From: a virus
Length of the DNA: 64,000 nucleotides
IMG/VR virus record: IMGVR_UViG_3300027987_000382
Location: 82,840-146,839 of that record
Strand: one strand, 5' to 3'
Under the pieces are notes generated by a model. That model had not been told where the DNA came from, searched no databases, and was given only the letters and a program-made list of their open reading frames with translations. Made by a program: the position numbers and the translations under genes. Shown here piece by piece: positions 31,894 to 41,913 of the stretch (the first letter of the stretch is position 1; every line of letters begins with the position of its first letter).

Positions 31894-32654
31894 CCAAGCC
31901 AGGACGACTTTTCGAAGCACAGGTGGAGTTCACAACGAACTGTAATCTCCGCTGCATCTACTGTGCCGTGAGTCAGCCATGGTATCAAGGCAAGGCACCT
32001 GAAGGCGGCCGAACTGAAGACAGGCGAAAGGACCTTGTCGTCAATGTTGACGAGCTTATTGAGATCTTCAAAAGACGGCAGACCAAGATCGTCAACATTC
32101 ACGGGCATGGTGAGACCACCATGCTTGATGGTTGGCACCACACAGCCCAAAAGTTCATTGACGCCGGATTTGACGTTATTGTCTGTACCAATCTGATCAA
32201 GAGATATTCTGAGGAAGAGTTGCGAGTCCTCAGTAAGCTAAACAGCATCACAGTCAGCATCGATGCTGTTGATCAGAGTACTTTCAAACAGCTGAGGGGA
32301 GGCGATGTCCGCCAGCTGGTCTACAATATGGTCCGGATTAGGGCCATCGCTGAAGAAAGGAGTTTTTATCAGCGGTGGGTTTGGTCGATCGTCGTTGTCG
32401 ATCGTTCTTTACCGGGGCTTTTGGACGTCGTCAAGACCGGCCTCGCCCTTGGAGTAGAATCATTCTGCTTCTGCGATTTCTACAAGGAGGCGATAGTATC
32501 CCCGGTGGTTGGCATAGGGGATATGGGGGAGGATGCCAGGGCTGAGGCAGATAGAATTATGCGTGAGGTCCAGGACTACTGCTTGACCAACGGTGCCGTT
32601 TTTATGACGTCTCTTGATGGACAGGAGCGATTCAGCAAGAGGGGTTATCTATGA
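31881..32654 (+). CDS. Radical SAM protein
   Basis: TTNCNLRCIYC, GHGETT, VSID. Confidence 0.9.
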   Translation: MPDLTKPGRLFEAQVEFTTNCNLRCIYCAVSQPWYQGKAPEGGRTEDRRKDLVVNVDELIEIFKRRQTKIVNIHGHGETTMLDGWHHTAQKFIDAGFDVIVCTNLIKRYSEEELRVLSKLNSITVSIDAVDQSTFKQLRGGDVRQLVYNMVRIRAIAEERSFYQRWVWSIVVVDRSLPGLLDVVKTGLALGVESFCFCDFYKEAIVSPVVGIGDMGEDARAEADRIMREVQDYCLTNGAVFMTSLDGQERFSKRGYL

Positions 32655-32944
32655 GTGAGCAGACGAGATTGTGCCTCGATCCGTGGGCGAAGGTATTGAT
32701 TAAAAGCAACAGATCGGTGTGTATTTGTTGTTATTCGCCGCCCGTTGGGCATCTCGACAAGTCCACTCTGGATGAGATATTGGATGGTGCCGAAGCTACC
32801 GCATATCGTGCCAAATTACTGTCTGGGGAAATGATGCCTGCTTGCAGGATCTGCCCTGATAAGAATATGGTTCCGATCGAGAGGCTCAAGGAGGCTGTCA
32901 CCAACTATGTCGAATCTGGGGAGAAGCCATACGGGATTGGATGA
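32651..32944 (+). CDS. Stand-alone SPASM domain protein
   Basis: C..PW....I......CC...G.L...LDEI...C..C. Confidence 0.8.
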   Translation: MSEQTRLCLDPWAKVLIKSNRSVCICCYSPPVGHLDKSTLDEILDGAEATAYRAKLLSGEMMPACRICPDKNMVPIERLKEAVTNYVESGEKPYGIG

Positions 32945-33270
32945 ACTCTGTTGCGATACTATTCATGCTCTACGCAATCAAGCAGCAGAAAATTCCGTAC
33001 AAAGAAACCGCGTGCACAGCGTCTCGCACGATCTACGTAGATCTCCCTGATAGAATTCACGCTCTTGCTACTGAGATAGAAATCCAGATCACCCTGGAAG
33101 TCGGCCAAGAGTTCATTTCACTCGAGGCCGTCTTTGGCAACAGGCGATTGACGAAAGTCGCCAAACTACAATTATCTGGTTTCATCATGGGCACCACCTC
33201 ATTCCTTGAGCCCCAACGGGCTTGCATTTCGTTGATTGAAGAAGCATGGGACAGCTTACAGCCGAAGTAG
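32941..33270 (+). CDS. Hypothetical protein
   Basis: ATGA-coupled ORF. Confidence 0.5.
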   Translation: MNSVAILFMLYAIKQQKIPYKETACTASRTIYVDLPDRIHALATEIEIQITLEVGQEFISLEAVFGNRRLTKVAKLQLSGFIMGTTSFLEPQRACISLIEEAWDSLQPK

Positions 33271-33734
33271 TCATCTACACAGACGGGGCCTGCGAACCGA
33301 ATCCAGGCCCTGGAGGATGGGGGACTATCCTCCTGTTCGAAAATTCCAAAGGATTGCACGAACGTGTCCTCTCTGGAGGTCATCATGACACCACCAATAA
33401 CCGCATGGAGATGATGGCAGTCATCAAGGGTCTAGAAGCACTCTCACGACCCTGTGACGTTATCGTCTACTCCGACAGCCAGTATGTTGTCAAAGGAATT
33501 GGCAACTGGAACGAAGGCCAAGGTATACACCCAACTGGCTGGATGGTCAGCTGGGAGAAAAAAGGATGGCGAAAGTCGGACGGCCCACTCAAGAATGTGG
33601 ACCTCTGGCAAGACCTATTCAAACTTGTGCGAGAGCAGAACAGCGTACAAATGAAATGGCTGAAAGGACACGCCGGTCATGAGTACAACGAAAGATGCGA
33701 TGTTTTGGCTCTCGAAGAGAGACAGAAATTCTAA
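33246..33734 (+). CDS. rnhA: Ribonuclease HI
   Basis: YTDGAC.PNPGPGG, TTNNRME, DSQY, KNVDLW, KGHAGH..NE.CD. Confidence 0.97.
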   Translation: MGQLTAEVVIYTDGACEPNPGPGGWGTILLFENSKGLHERVLSGGHHDTTNNRMEMMAVIKGLEALSRPCDVIVYSDSQYVVKGIGNWNEGQGIHPTGWMVSWEKKGWRKSDGPLKNVDLWQDLFKLVREQNSVQMKWLKGHAGHEYNERCDVLALEERQKF

Positions 33735-34234
33735 TGTACGACAAAGACGAACACTTAGACAACCTCATTCGACACATCTCACTTGTCCGAGATGCCTGTA
33801 CCCTACTTGGGAAAAGACTAATCTCACAAGGACGATGTGAATTCGGAATCCAACTAATCGCACGTGGCCATAATCACGACGTCTCGAAATTCTACGGAAT
33901 CGAGCACGACTTCTTGCATCGTGGCCCAGACACGCCAGCAGAAGAGCTTGAACTGGCTATCAACCAGCACGTGCGAACAAACTCCCACCACCCCGAATTC
34001 CACGGCGGCGTCGGGCACATGCCCGAACTCGACGTGGCTGAAATGGTCTGCGACTGGTATGCTCGCGGCCAAGAATTCGGCACCGGTCTCCGCGACTGGA
34101 TCGCGGACTCTGCGATCGATCGCTACAGTATCGATCTGGAAGGGAAACACTATCAATGGATCAACGCCTTCGTTGATCTTCTCCTGCAAGATCCATTCAG
34201 CAAGGAAGTGAAAGCCCAAAAGGCAGCAGTGTAA
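33734..34234 (+). CDS. HD-like protein (DUF5662-like)
   Basis: H...V, HDVSK, H...N.HHPE, EMVCDW. Confidence 0.75.
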   Translation: MYDKDEHLDNLIRHISLVRDACTLLGKRLISQGRCEFGIQLIARGHNHDVSKFYGIEHDFLHRGPDTPAEELELAINQHVRTNSHHPEFHGGVGHMPELDVAEMVCDWYARGQEFGTGLRDWIADSAIDRYSIDLEGKHYQWINAFVDLLLQDPFSKEVKAQKAAV

Positions 34235-34524
34235 TGTGCACTGTCTTCCATCTGATGGACTTCGACAAAGTTGAACGCTACAACCTTGTCGTAAAGCCCG
34301 GACCGTTCTCTGCCGACTCGTGGGAATTGCAAGACGAAGTCGGCAGACCGGTCCGAGAAATGGTATCCTACGCCATGTCATCCGATGCTGTATCTGAGGA
34401 GCATCAAGTCGTACTTAAACGGAAGGACGACAGCCTCCTCAAACTAGCACTAGTCGGAGTCAGTTCATGGCGGAATTCGCAAAGCAGCTCGAAGCCCTCA
34501 GATGGAAGCGGTTCTCCGCCCTAG
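34234..34524 (+). CDS. Hypothetical protein
   Basis: TAATG-coupled ORF. Confidence 0.4.
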   Translation: MCTVFHLMDFDKVERYNLVVKPGPFSADSWELQDEVGRPVREMVSYAMSSDAVSEEHQVVLKRKDDSLLKLALVGVSSWRNSQSSSKPSDGSGSPP

Positions 34525-35378
34525 GCACCGGCGAGGTCTGTCTCGTTGACGTCATGGGCGATGACAGTGCAATCGTCCAAGCAGCCCGAGTCAGCTACGG
34601 CGAAGGAACCAAAAAGGTCTCTGACGATCGCACGCTAATCCGCTATCTCATGCGGCACCGGCATACGACCCCGTTCGAAATGTGCGAGGTCAAACTCCGA
34701 GTCAGAGTACCGATGGACTGCTGGCGGCAATGGATTCGCCACCGCACAGCCAACGTCAATGAATACAGCACTCGCTACAGCGTCGCCATCGACGACTGTC
34801 AAATCACCAGCCCGACAGAATGGCGGTCACAAGCCACAACCAACCGCCAAGGCTCCGGCGACTTTCTCAATGAGGAAATCGGCCTCGGCCTCACATTGGC
34901 CGAGACAGAACTACAAAAGCAAGCCCGCGATGTCTATCAAAACAGACTCGATGCTGGCGTCGCTCGAGAACAAGCTCGCAAAGATCTTCCGCTTAGCACT
35001 TTCACTGAAGCGTACTGGAAGGTCGATCTCCACAACATGTTCCACTTCCTCTCTCTCCGCATGGATTCTCATGCACAGAAAGAGATTCGAGAATACGCGA
35101 CCATCATCGGCAAACAAATCATCAAACCACTCTACCCACTCGCGTGGGAGGCATTCGAAGACTACCGTCTCGGTGCTATGTTCCTATCACGGCTGGATAT
35201 TGGCGTCATCCAGCGGCTTAACGAAATGGCACGCTCCGAACGCGGCTACACAGAACCGGACTTTATCGTCGCTCAAGATTCCAGCTGGAAAGAACTTGAG
35301 CGTTGTCGTGAACGAGACGAGTGCTTCGAAAAGCTCGCTCGCCTCGGTATCATAGAAGTACCAATCATCGCTGCGTGA
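34467..35378 (+). CDS. thyX: FAD-dependent thymidylate synthase
   Basis: AARVSY, H.TPFE, RQWIRHR...NEYSTRY, REQAR, HAQ.EIR. Confidence 0.97.
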   Translation: MAEFAKQLEALRWKRFSALGTGEVCLVDVMGDDSAIVQAARVSYGEGTKKVSDDRTLIRYLMRHRHTTPFEMCEVKLRVRVPMDCWRQWIRHRTANVNEYSTRYSVAIDDCQITSPTEWRSQATTNRQGSGDFLNEEIGLGLTLAETELQKQARDVYQNRLDAGVAREQARKDLPLSTFTEAYWKVDLHNMFHFLSLRMDSHAQKEIREYATIIGKQIIKPLYPLAWEAFEDYRLGAMFLSRLDIGVIQRLNEMARSERGYTEPDFIVAQDSSWKELERCRERDECFEKLARLGIIEVPIIAA

Positions 35379-35385
35379 GGACATT

Positions 35386-36036
35386 GTGATGAAGGAGCAA
35401 CAAATGACAGAGTGGTTGCAATTGAAGCGTCTAGAGCGTAACAATCTTCCACTACCCAAGTACGAAACAGAGCACTCAGCAGGCATCGATTTCAGCGTCT
35501 GCCTAACACGAACTTGCAAAGAATGCTTGCCCGGCGGATCGAAGCGAAAATTCCTCGCAGTCGATAAAGGTGGACACGGATTCGGCCGCCACCACTTTGG
35601 CGAAGAAAATGTTCCAGACATCATCCAGTGCCCCAACGGTCCAGACAAACTTGCGGTCGTCATACAACCGCGAGAAACCTTGATGCTACCGCTAGGCTGG
35701 ATCGCAGAGTTTGGAGCCAACTTCGTCCTCAAAATCCACGTCAGATCCTCGGCAGGGCTCAACGGACTGATGCTGGCAAACGGCACTGGCATCGTCGACC
35801 CAGACTATCGCGGCGAGTTATTCGCCTGCCTCTGGAATCGGACAGACGGCCCAATCCAGATCAAACACGGACAACGCGTAGTCCAAGGAGTCATGCTCGC
35901 CTTCAATCAGGCGATTGTCACAGAAGCCAAAGAAGTGTCGGAAACAGGTCGCGGAGACGGCGGATTCGGCTCAACCGGCGATCAACTCACAATTCCGGCA
36001 CCGGCAGCGGATCCTCCGCCGCAATCAGGCAGTTGA
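35386..36036 (+). CDS. dut: Trimeric dUTPase with ~50-aa insertion
   Basis: AGIDF, RSS, GIVDPDYRGE, Q, RG.GGFGSTG. Confidence 0.95.
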   Translation: MMKEQQMTEWLQLKRLERNNLPLPKYETEHSAGIDFSVCLTRTCKECLPGGSKRKFLAVDKGGHGFGRHHFGEENVPDIIQCPNGPDKLAVVIQPRETLMLPLGWIAEFGANFVLKIHVRSSAGLNGLMLANGTGIVDPDYRGELFACLWNRTDGPIQIKHGQRVVQGVMLAFNQAIVTEAKEVSETGRGDGGFGSTGDQLTIPAPAADPPPQSGS

Positions 36037-37216
36037 CCAAATTCTGACGCATCTTCGCGATCACACGAGGCATCGAGTCCGCACGGTTCACTGTCTCACC
36101 CGGATCAGATTCGAGATCGAATAGGAACTCATCATCGCCGCATATCCAATATTTAAAGCGGCTATTCCTCACCATCTTCAATCTCGGTTTGTAACCGACC
36201 ATGCTCAAGGCACACCGAGTAAAATCAATATGCGTCAAACTCTTCCCTTGAATACCAGGGCCGATTTCTTGTTCCAGCATCTCAAGTATCGTCGGCACAA
36301 CATCAATATGCTCATGCAACCCATAACATCGCCTTGGCCCCCAGCCCGGAATGCGAACAATCAACGGCACCGACACTACTTGTTCGTAAGCATATAAACC
36401 CTTTGAGAAGCACCCATGGTCGCCGAGCATGTCACCATGATCAGAAGTGAAAACAACGATTGTGTCTCGAGCTTTCCTATCCACAAAGTCCATGATACGG
36501 CCGACATTGTCATCTATCCATGAGACACAGCCGTAATATTGGCTTTTGATCATTCGCCAATCTTCCGGCGTCAGCTTCGTTCCCTCGTATGTCTCAATCC
36601 CATCAGGAGCAGAAAAAGAATCAGGATCATACATGCCACAGAACGGCGGAGGAGAAGCATACGGAGGATGAGGACCTCTGAACCCAATCGCACATAAGAA
36701 TGGTCGCTTGCAATTACTCATGAATCTGACGGCACGCTCCGAAATCACATCCTCATGCTGATAAAGGCGACTGCTCAACTTAGCCGCCCAAGACGTCGTC
36801 TTCATGATCTCCAGATACTCACGACGGGCAACGCCAGCATCACGGCCCGGCAAATCCTTTCCTTCTCTCCAATCCTCGGACAAATACGAATTTTGCGGAT
36901 CGAATCCAAAATGGCCTAGAGTGTGGGTCGTTCTGTCCAGATGCCATTTCCCGAAATAGGCAGTCTCGTACTGGACATCACGGAGCATGTTGGCAAGCGT
37001 CTGTTCCGTCTTCGCCAACTCCATCTCATTCCACCACATCCGCAAAGTGCTCGGATAGCGGCCGGTCCAGAAGGCCGCTCTTGCCGGTTGGCATTGCGGG
37101 CTTTGAGCGTAACAGTCGAACGAGAGTGACTGTTCTGCGAGTTTGTTGATGTTCGGGGTGCATGCACCGATCGTATCAGTTCGTTGCTGATCGGTCATGA
37201 TGATCAAGACATTCAT
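35987..37216 (-). CDS. Sulfatase (formylglycine-dependent family)
   Basis: TDQQR, CQPAR, GKWH, PH.P, TSDHG..LGDH..K. Confidence 0.95.
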   Translation of the reverse strand: MNVLIIMTDQQRTDTIGACTPNINKLAEQSLSFDCYAQSPQCQPARAAFWTGRYPSTLRMWWNEMELAKTEQTLANMLRDVQYETAYFGKWHLDRTTHTLGHFGFDPQNSYLSEDWREGKDLPGRDAGVARREYLEIMKTTSWAAKLSSRLYQHEDVISERAVRFMSNCKRPFLCAIGFRGPHPPYASPPPFCGMYDPDSFSAPDGIETYEGTKLTPEDWRMIKSQYYGCVSWIDDNVGRIMDFVDRKARDTIVVFTSDHGDMLGDHGCFSKGLYAYEQVVSVPLIVRIPGWGPRRCYGLHEHIDVVPTILEMLEQEIGPGIQGKSLTHIDFTRCALSMVGYKPRLKMVRNSRFKYWICGDDEFLFDLESDPGETVNRADSMPRVIAKMRQNLVNCLIAAEDPLPVPEL

Positions 37217-37566
37217 GCTACTTCTACTTCCATAAACAACACTTCGAAAATATGTATGTCGCCGTCAGGTGCGATGATCACTTTGGGATTCTTCAAAAGA
37301 CGCTTGACCGCTTTGATGGAGCACTCTGCTTCCTCGCGAGTCCATCCATCTGACATCATATCTTCTGGAGTGCTGAGTTTGTCGGCTCGCCTGCCGCCAA
37401 ACATGACGATCTCGCCATCCTTGTCATATTCCCACGTCTTTGGGACGTTGGCACAAGTGAAACAGATCTCTGGGTAAGTGCGACCGTCTATGAACGGTTC
37501 CTCGGAGAAGCATCGTACAATGACTTCGATTGGAGTCTTGCAGATGGGGCAGAGGTAGTCATCCAT
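37213..37566 (-). CDS. Zn-finger hypothetical protein
   Basis: CPIC...CFTC. Confidence 0.55.
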   Translation of the reverse strand: MDDYLCPICKTPIEVIVRCFSEEPFIDGRTYPEICFTCANVPKTWEYDKDGEIVMFGGRRADKLSTPEDMMSDGWTREEAECSIKAVKRLLKNPKVIIAPDGDIHIFEVLFMEVEVA

Positions 37567-37885
37567 TATCAAACAGGCCCTCGTGGCGATGAGCCCTCCT
37601 ACCGCACAGATCGCAAATGTGCTCTGAATCGTTGTTTCCAGAAGCGTCTGGATAATACGTCGTTTCGAGATGCGGACACTGCTTCTGTAAATCCACTCTT
37701 CTTGCATTTATCTCGCCGACAGCTTTCTTATGACGCTCCTCTTCATCCTGCTCGTCGCGAGTGATGGACCGCAATTCTTGGTGGAGTGTCTTGTCTGTTT
37801 CGATGGCGTTAGCGATGTAATCACCCAGTTCGCTTTGCTCACCCTTGAACTCGTCAACCAGCTTTTTGATTGTTTCTGATTTCAT
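37559..37885 (-). CDS. Coiled-coil plus C-terminal Zn-finger protein
   Basis: CPH...DASGN...CDLCG. Confidence 0.6.
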   Translation of the reverse strand: MKSETIKKLVDEFKGEQSELGDYIANAIETDKTLHQELRSITRDEQDEEERHKKAVGEINARRVDLQKQCPHLETTYYPDASGNNDSEHICDLCGRRAHRHEGLFDNG

Positions 37886-38114
37886 CGTGACGTCCTTCCC
37901 GGAGCTTCTTGACCCAATCCTCAAGGTCAGATGCTGGATCTGTAAAGCACAACGCGTATTCGGTTCCAGCAGCGATGCCGTAGACCACGTCATCTTCGAC
38001 CACAAACATGAGGCGATGCCACTTACCGTCAGGTCCTGGAAAGGACGATCGCACAACGTCACCTTCAATCCTGAAAGCTGGGTCCAGGACAGCGGCGATC
38101 AAATCAACAATCAT
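37854..38114 (-). CDS. Small protein, DP-motif family
   Basis: C-term FTDPASDLEDWV. Confidence 0.5.
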   Translation of the reverse strand: MIVDLIAAVLDPAFRIEGDVVRSSFPGPDGKWHRLMFVVEDDVVYGIAAGTEYALCFTDPASDLEDWVKKLREGRHDEIRNNQKAG

Positions 38115-38430
38115 CGAGCGATTCTGTGAGGGCAAGATCAAGGTCGCGGAATAACGGTTCGAAGTCTGCATTTGGATCACACATATCGTACGACTTCAAG
38201 ACGTCGCGGTAGACTCTTTCAGTCGGCGGTTTGGTTGTGTCGCCTTTCTTGTGATATCGAACTATTTTCAGATCACCGTCGAAGACAATCTGATATTGTT
38301 GAAGATCAAGAGTTATTTCAATACAGTGCTCATCGTAAATCTTCGTTGTGTAAACTATCGCCTTCGGCCAGCGTGCTTTCAGCTGTTCCGCCAACGCCAT
38401 GTAGAACGTCTTAAGCCAGTCTCCGCTCAT
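38104..38430 (-). CDS. Small protein, DP-motif family
   Basis: GAGG RBS; YDMCDPNADFE. Confidence 0.6.
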   Translation of the reverse strand: MSGDWLKTFYMALAEQLKARWPKAIVYTTKIYDEHCIEITLDLQQYQIVFDGDLKIVRYHKKGDTTKPPTERVYRDVLKSYDMCDPNADFEPLFRDLDLALTESLDDC

Positions 38431-38457
38431 TGTTCCTCAATACGTTGTCGGCCGGAT

Positions 38458-38484
38458 TTAACGAGGGGTTCACCGCTCGCAACA
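38458..38484 (+). promoter_or_regulatory. Phage promoter motif copy
   Basis: TTAAC-N16-GCAACA. Confidence 0.65.
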
Positions 38485-38543
38485 CGTGTATTAGAAAGAG
38501 GTGCAACGGCACCCCATCCCGGATACCCCGAAGGAGACTGCGT

Positions 38544-39557
38544 ATGCCTACGAAAGCAACGGTGAGCGTCGCCCAGAGATCTGCTCTGATCTCAGAGACC
38601 GGCTTCAAGAACTACGACGTCATGATGAATCCGTACGTCGGCTGCGAGTTCGGCTGCACGTACTGCTACGTCCGGTTCTTCATCAAAGACGAAGACCACG
38701 ACTGGGGCGAGTTCGTCCGCGTCCGAGCACACATGGCGAGCAAACTCCCCAAAGAGCTTCGCAAAAACCAAGTGAAGCTCAAGGACGGTTGGGAGAACTA
38801 CGAAGACGAAGAAACAGGAGAAGAGAAACGCCGACGACGCTACCGCTACCTCGCGATTCCCGAAGCACGACTGGTAATCGGTACGATGACTGATCCCTAC
38901 CAGCCGGTCGAACGGAAACATAGAATTATGAGGACAGCACTCGAAATTCTCACGACAGACTCCATGCCACAATTCCAAAAAGTGGGCATCTTCACACGCT
39001 CCCCGATCGTCCTAGACGACCTGGAACTCATCCAGAAACTCCCCAAAGCCAGGATTCACTTCACAGTCACGCCCTTCCCTCCAAACGTCCTCAGAGTCAT
39101 CGAGCCCTACAGCCCGAAGACCTCAAGACGCTGGGACGTCGTACGACGCCTCAAAGAAGCAGGGCTCCGCGTGCACTGCAACATCTCGCCGGTCATCCCC
39201 GGACTAAGCGAGGAGTTCATCGAGGAGTTCGCAGAAATGGTCGCAGAGCTGCAAGTCGACGAATATTTCGTGGACCCAATGCAGCCCTACAAAGAGAGCT
39301 TCGACAGCTTCCGCAACGCCTGCCAAAGCTTGCCCGGCGTCAACTGGCCTGACATCGAACAGACGATGACAGACAAAGACCGATACCTCGACTGGAAAGC
39401 AGACTTCTTCGGACGCTGGAACGAAGAGCGGCAGAAGCACCAACACAAAGCACCGAATCAGCTGCCGATCTGGTGCGACCACGAAAACCACGTCTGGATC
39501 AACATGCTCACAATGAAGCAGATGGACCACAAGCACTACGGAGAAGAGGCGAACTAA
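38544..39557 (+). CDS. SplB/Rv2578c-like radical SAM protein
   Basis: NPYVGCEFGCTYCY, TDPYQP.E, T.S....D, EP......R, P.IPG. Confidence 0.9.
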   Translation: MPTKATVSVAQRSALISETGFKNYDVMMNPYVGCEFGCTYCYVRFFIKDEDHDWGEFVRVRAHMASKLPKELRKNQVKLKDGWENYEDEETGEEKRRRRYRYLAIPEARLVIGTMTDPYQPVERKHRIMRTALEILTTDSMPQFQKVGIFTRSPIVLDDLELIQKLPKARIHFTVTPFPPNVLRVIEPYSPKTSRRWDVVRRLKEAGLRVHCNISPVIPGLSEEFIEEFAEMVAELQVDEYFVDPMQPYKESFDSFRNACQSLPGVNWPDIEQTMTDKDRYLDWKADFFGRWNEERQKHQHKAPNQLPIWCDHENHVWINMLTMKQMDHKHYGEEAN

Positions 39558-39683
39558 GTCACGAATCACCACCGGCCCGGAGCTAGCCTCCAGGACCACG
39601 TCCCTCGATGGGTGTGCGAGAGGTGTCTACAGGCTTAATGAGAGCGGCGGGCCGGTGGTGAAATTTACGACTGGAGATACAAG

Positions 39684-40169
39684 ATGATCAACGAACACGA
39701 ACTTGGCGAGCGACTTGGCAACATCATCAAACATGGTGATTGGATCAAGCCCAAGCTCGACCGGCTCCAGCCGTGGGCTCGCAAACTTGTTGCAACCTTC
39801 TTCGACCGACACGGTATCGGCTGGCAAGTCAGCAAAGAGAAAGTGAACGAAGCCCTCGTCGTGAAAATCGACGATCCTCGAATCAAGTACATGCTCGTAC
39901 TGCCACACCAATGCTACGCCGGGCAACAATGTGACCAATTCTACTGGATGATCGGAGATGATCCCAATAATGATGATCACTCAATCCATCCAGACCAAGC
40001 CTCGGCCTACCTGATGGCCAGAGAATTTCCAGGAATAAAGATCACCGACGAACGCGGCGACGACGGCTCCTGTATTTCCACCATGGAGATGCCAGAAGGT
40101 AACAAAATCGTTATCGCCTTCCCACCAGGGACGTTCTCGGACAAGACCTATGCTCCGAAGGATTCTTAA
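39684..40169 (+). CDS. Hypothetical protein
   Basis: GGAG RBS, 161 aa. Confidence 0.6.
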   Translation: MINEHELGERLGNIIKHGDWIKPKLDRLQPWARKLVATFFDRHGIGWQVSKEKVNEALVVKIDDPRIKYMLVLPHQCYAGQQCDQFYWMIGDDPNNDDHSIHPDQASAYLMAREFPGIKITDERGDDGSCISTMEMPEGNKIVIAFPPGTFSDKTYAPKDS

Positions 40170-40536
40170 ATTCCTGACAGCTTGGTTCCAGAGCAAGCAA
40201 GAGCCGCGAAAACTCTTGTGGCATGAAGTCAAGAGACGAACTACACAGAACGGTGTTCAACTCACACCACAAGAGTTCGCGATCATCGGACAATGCCTTT
40301 GTCCAGATTGCGGCAGCAAACTGCTGAAAGGACCAGAAGGAGGTGGCTCAGTCAACGTCTACTGTGCAAACGACAAAGACTGTGGAAGCCGCTACAACCT
40401 GATGGGCTGGATCGGAGCAGAACGGATTAATGACAGCCGAGGATCAATGACCCTCGTCGAGACATTTAAGCCTCATCGTACTCCGGCAACCGCTCGGTCG
40501 GATGCAGCGAGATCTTGTCACGCTTCGCACCAGTGA
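40150..40536 (+). CDS. Zn-ribbon hypothetical protein
   Basis: CPDCG...GP.GG...N..C...C...N. Confidence 0.6.
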   Translation: MLRRILKFLTAWFQSKQEPRKLLWHEVKRRTTQNGVQLTPQEFAIIGQCLCPDCGSKLLKGPEGGGSVNVYCANDKDCGSRYNLMGWIGAERINDSRGSMTLVETFKPHRTPATARSDAARSCHASHQ

Positions 40537-40873
40537 GCAGCTCCTGAATACCGTCAAGAATCTCAGCGAGATTCACGATCTTCAGCTCCTCGTTCTTCCA
40601 CAGAAGACGAGCATTCTCCAGATCAACGATCACACGGAGATTCTTCCGGCCAGCCCCCTTGCCCGACTTCTCCCACGAATCCGTGGTGAAGTCACGGACC
40701 TTGAGCTTCGCCGTGATCTCGATATCAGCCCTCGGGTCTGACAGAGGATGGCCGTTCTTCGAGCGGACTTCGACGGTGCACATTTCGGCATGAGGCCGCA
40801 TACACCGGATGGTTCCCAGATTCACTCTGGTTTCCTTCTCGAATTCCTCGTTGATAGTTCGCTTGATCGCCAT
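40466..40873 (-). CDS. Hypothetical protein
   Basis: AAGGA RBS and promoter motif upstream. Confidence 0.65.
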   Translation of the reverse strand: MAIKRTINEEFEKETRVNLGTIRCMRPHAEMCTVEVRSKNGHPLSDPRADIEITAKLKVRDFTTDSWEKSGKGAGRKNLRVIVDLENARLLWKNEELKIVNLAEILDGIQELLTGAKRDKISLHPTERLPEYDEA

Positions 40874-40905
40874 CGTTTGATCCTTAGAGACTTGTGATGT
40901 CCCTA

Positions 40906-40953
40906 TGTTGCAGCTCCTGGCCCAAAGTTAATTGCCATGTCCTACCTGCAACA
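40906..40953. promoter_or_regulatory. Back-to-back promoter pair
   Basis: Minus TTAAC-N15-GCAACA (40906-40931); plus TTAAT-N15-GCAACA (40928-40953) between divergent genes. Confidence 0.6.
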
Positions 40954-40990
40954 ATACCTCGGGACCACCATGAGGTATTAGGGTAATAGA

Positions 40991-41389
40991 ATGCCAAGAA
41001 AGAATGAGTACAGCCTAAGAGCCGCCGTCATACTATTTTCGCTGATTCCGCACACCGGCAAAGAAAAGTTGCAGGTCTGGCAAGCAGGGAACAGGTGGAC
41101 TACCAAAGACGGTAAAGTCAAACAAGCTCGAAAACGCTTCAAAACAGAGGGCATCGCAACGCACGAAGCTCACCTCAATGGCAAGAACATAACGGAAGCA
41201 GGAACTTCGATCGAATCACCGAACGCCAACACCGCCATCATTGTCGCCAGACACGGTGACTGGAGGCTAATACATAACGAAGAAGAATACAAGATTCTCA
41301 CCTGGCGTGATCTCGAAGGCGGCGGGACACACCCGGTAGCCAGAAAACACAAAGGCCGCATGGTCTACCTACTACGGAAAATCCAATGA
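40991..41389 (+). CDS. Basic hypothetical protein
   Basis: 132-aa ORF. Confidence 0.55.
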   Translation: MPRKNEYSLRAAVILFSLIPHTGKEKLQVWQAGNRWTTKDGKVKQARKRFKTEGIATHEAHLNGKNITEAGTSIESPNANTAIIVARHGDWRLIHNEEEYKILTWRDLEGGGTHPVARKHKGRMVYLLRKIQ

Positions 41390-41913
41390 TCTACTGCCCC
41401 GGCCGATTCATCTTCATCCACATCCCAAGAACAGCAGGCATCTCAATCACACGAGGACTCGCCTCAACCGACGTCTGTGATCTCGCCCTCATCAACACCT
41501 GCAACACCCCCGCCGAATTCTGGCGACACGTAACCGCAACAGAAGTCAAACCACTCATTCCGGATTGGGGCGAAATCAAGAAATTCGCCTTCTACAGATC
41601 GGATCACGACATCTACGAATCCGACTACCGCCTCCACAAAAGCTGTATCAAAGACATAGACTCCTGGCCAGACGTCTCAATGCTCTCCGACTGGAAGAAA
41701 AGCGTGCTCCAGTCCAATGATGAGTCATTCCAACAGTTCATCCAAAGACATTGGGTGCCCTGGCTCGGTCAAGACCGCACCGTCTGGGAACACTGGACGA
41801 CACACGAATTCGAACGATTCAAGTTCGACGATCTCATAAACGAATGGAATCGTCTCCTCGAATGGCTCGAAATTACCTATGTTCCACTACAGCACTTGAA
41901 CAGAACGAAATGA
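41386..41913 (+). CDS. Sulfotransferase family-like protein
   Basis: FIFIHIPRTAG.SI, H.TA, KFAF.R. Confidence 0.7.
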   Translation: MIYCPGRFIFIHIPRTAGISITRGLASTDVCDLALINTCNTPAEFWRHVTATEVKPLIPDWGEIKKFAFYRSDHDIYESDYRLHKSCIKDIDSWPDVSMLSDWKKSVLQSNDESFQQFIQRHWVPWLGQDRTVWEHWTTHEFERFKFDDLINEWNRLLEWLEITYVPLQHLNRTK

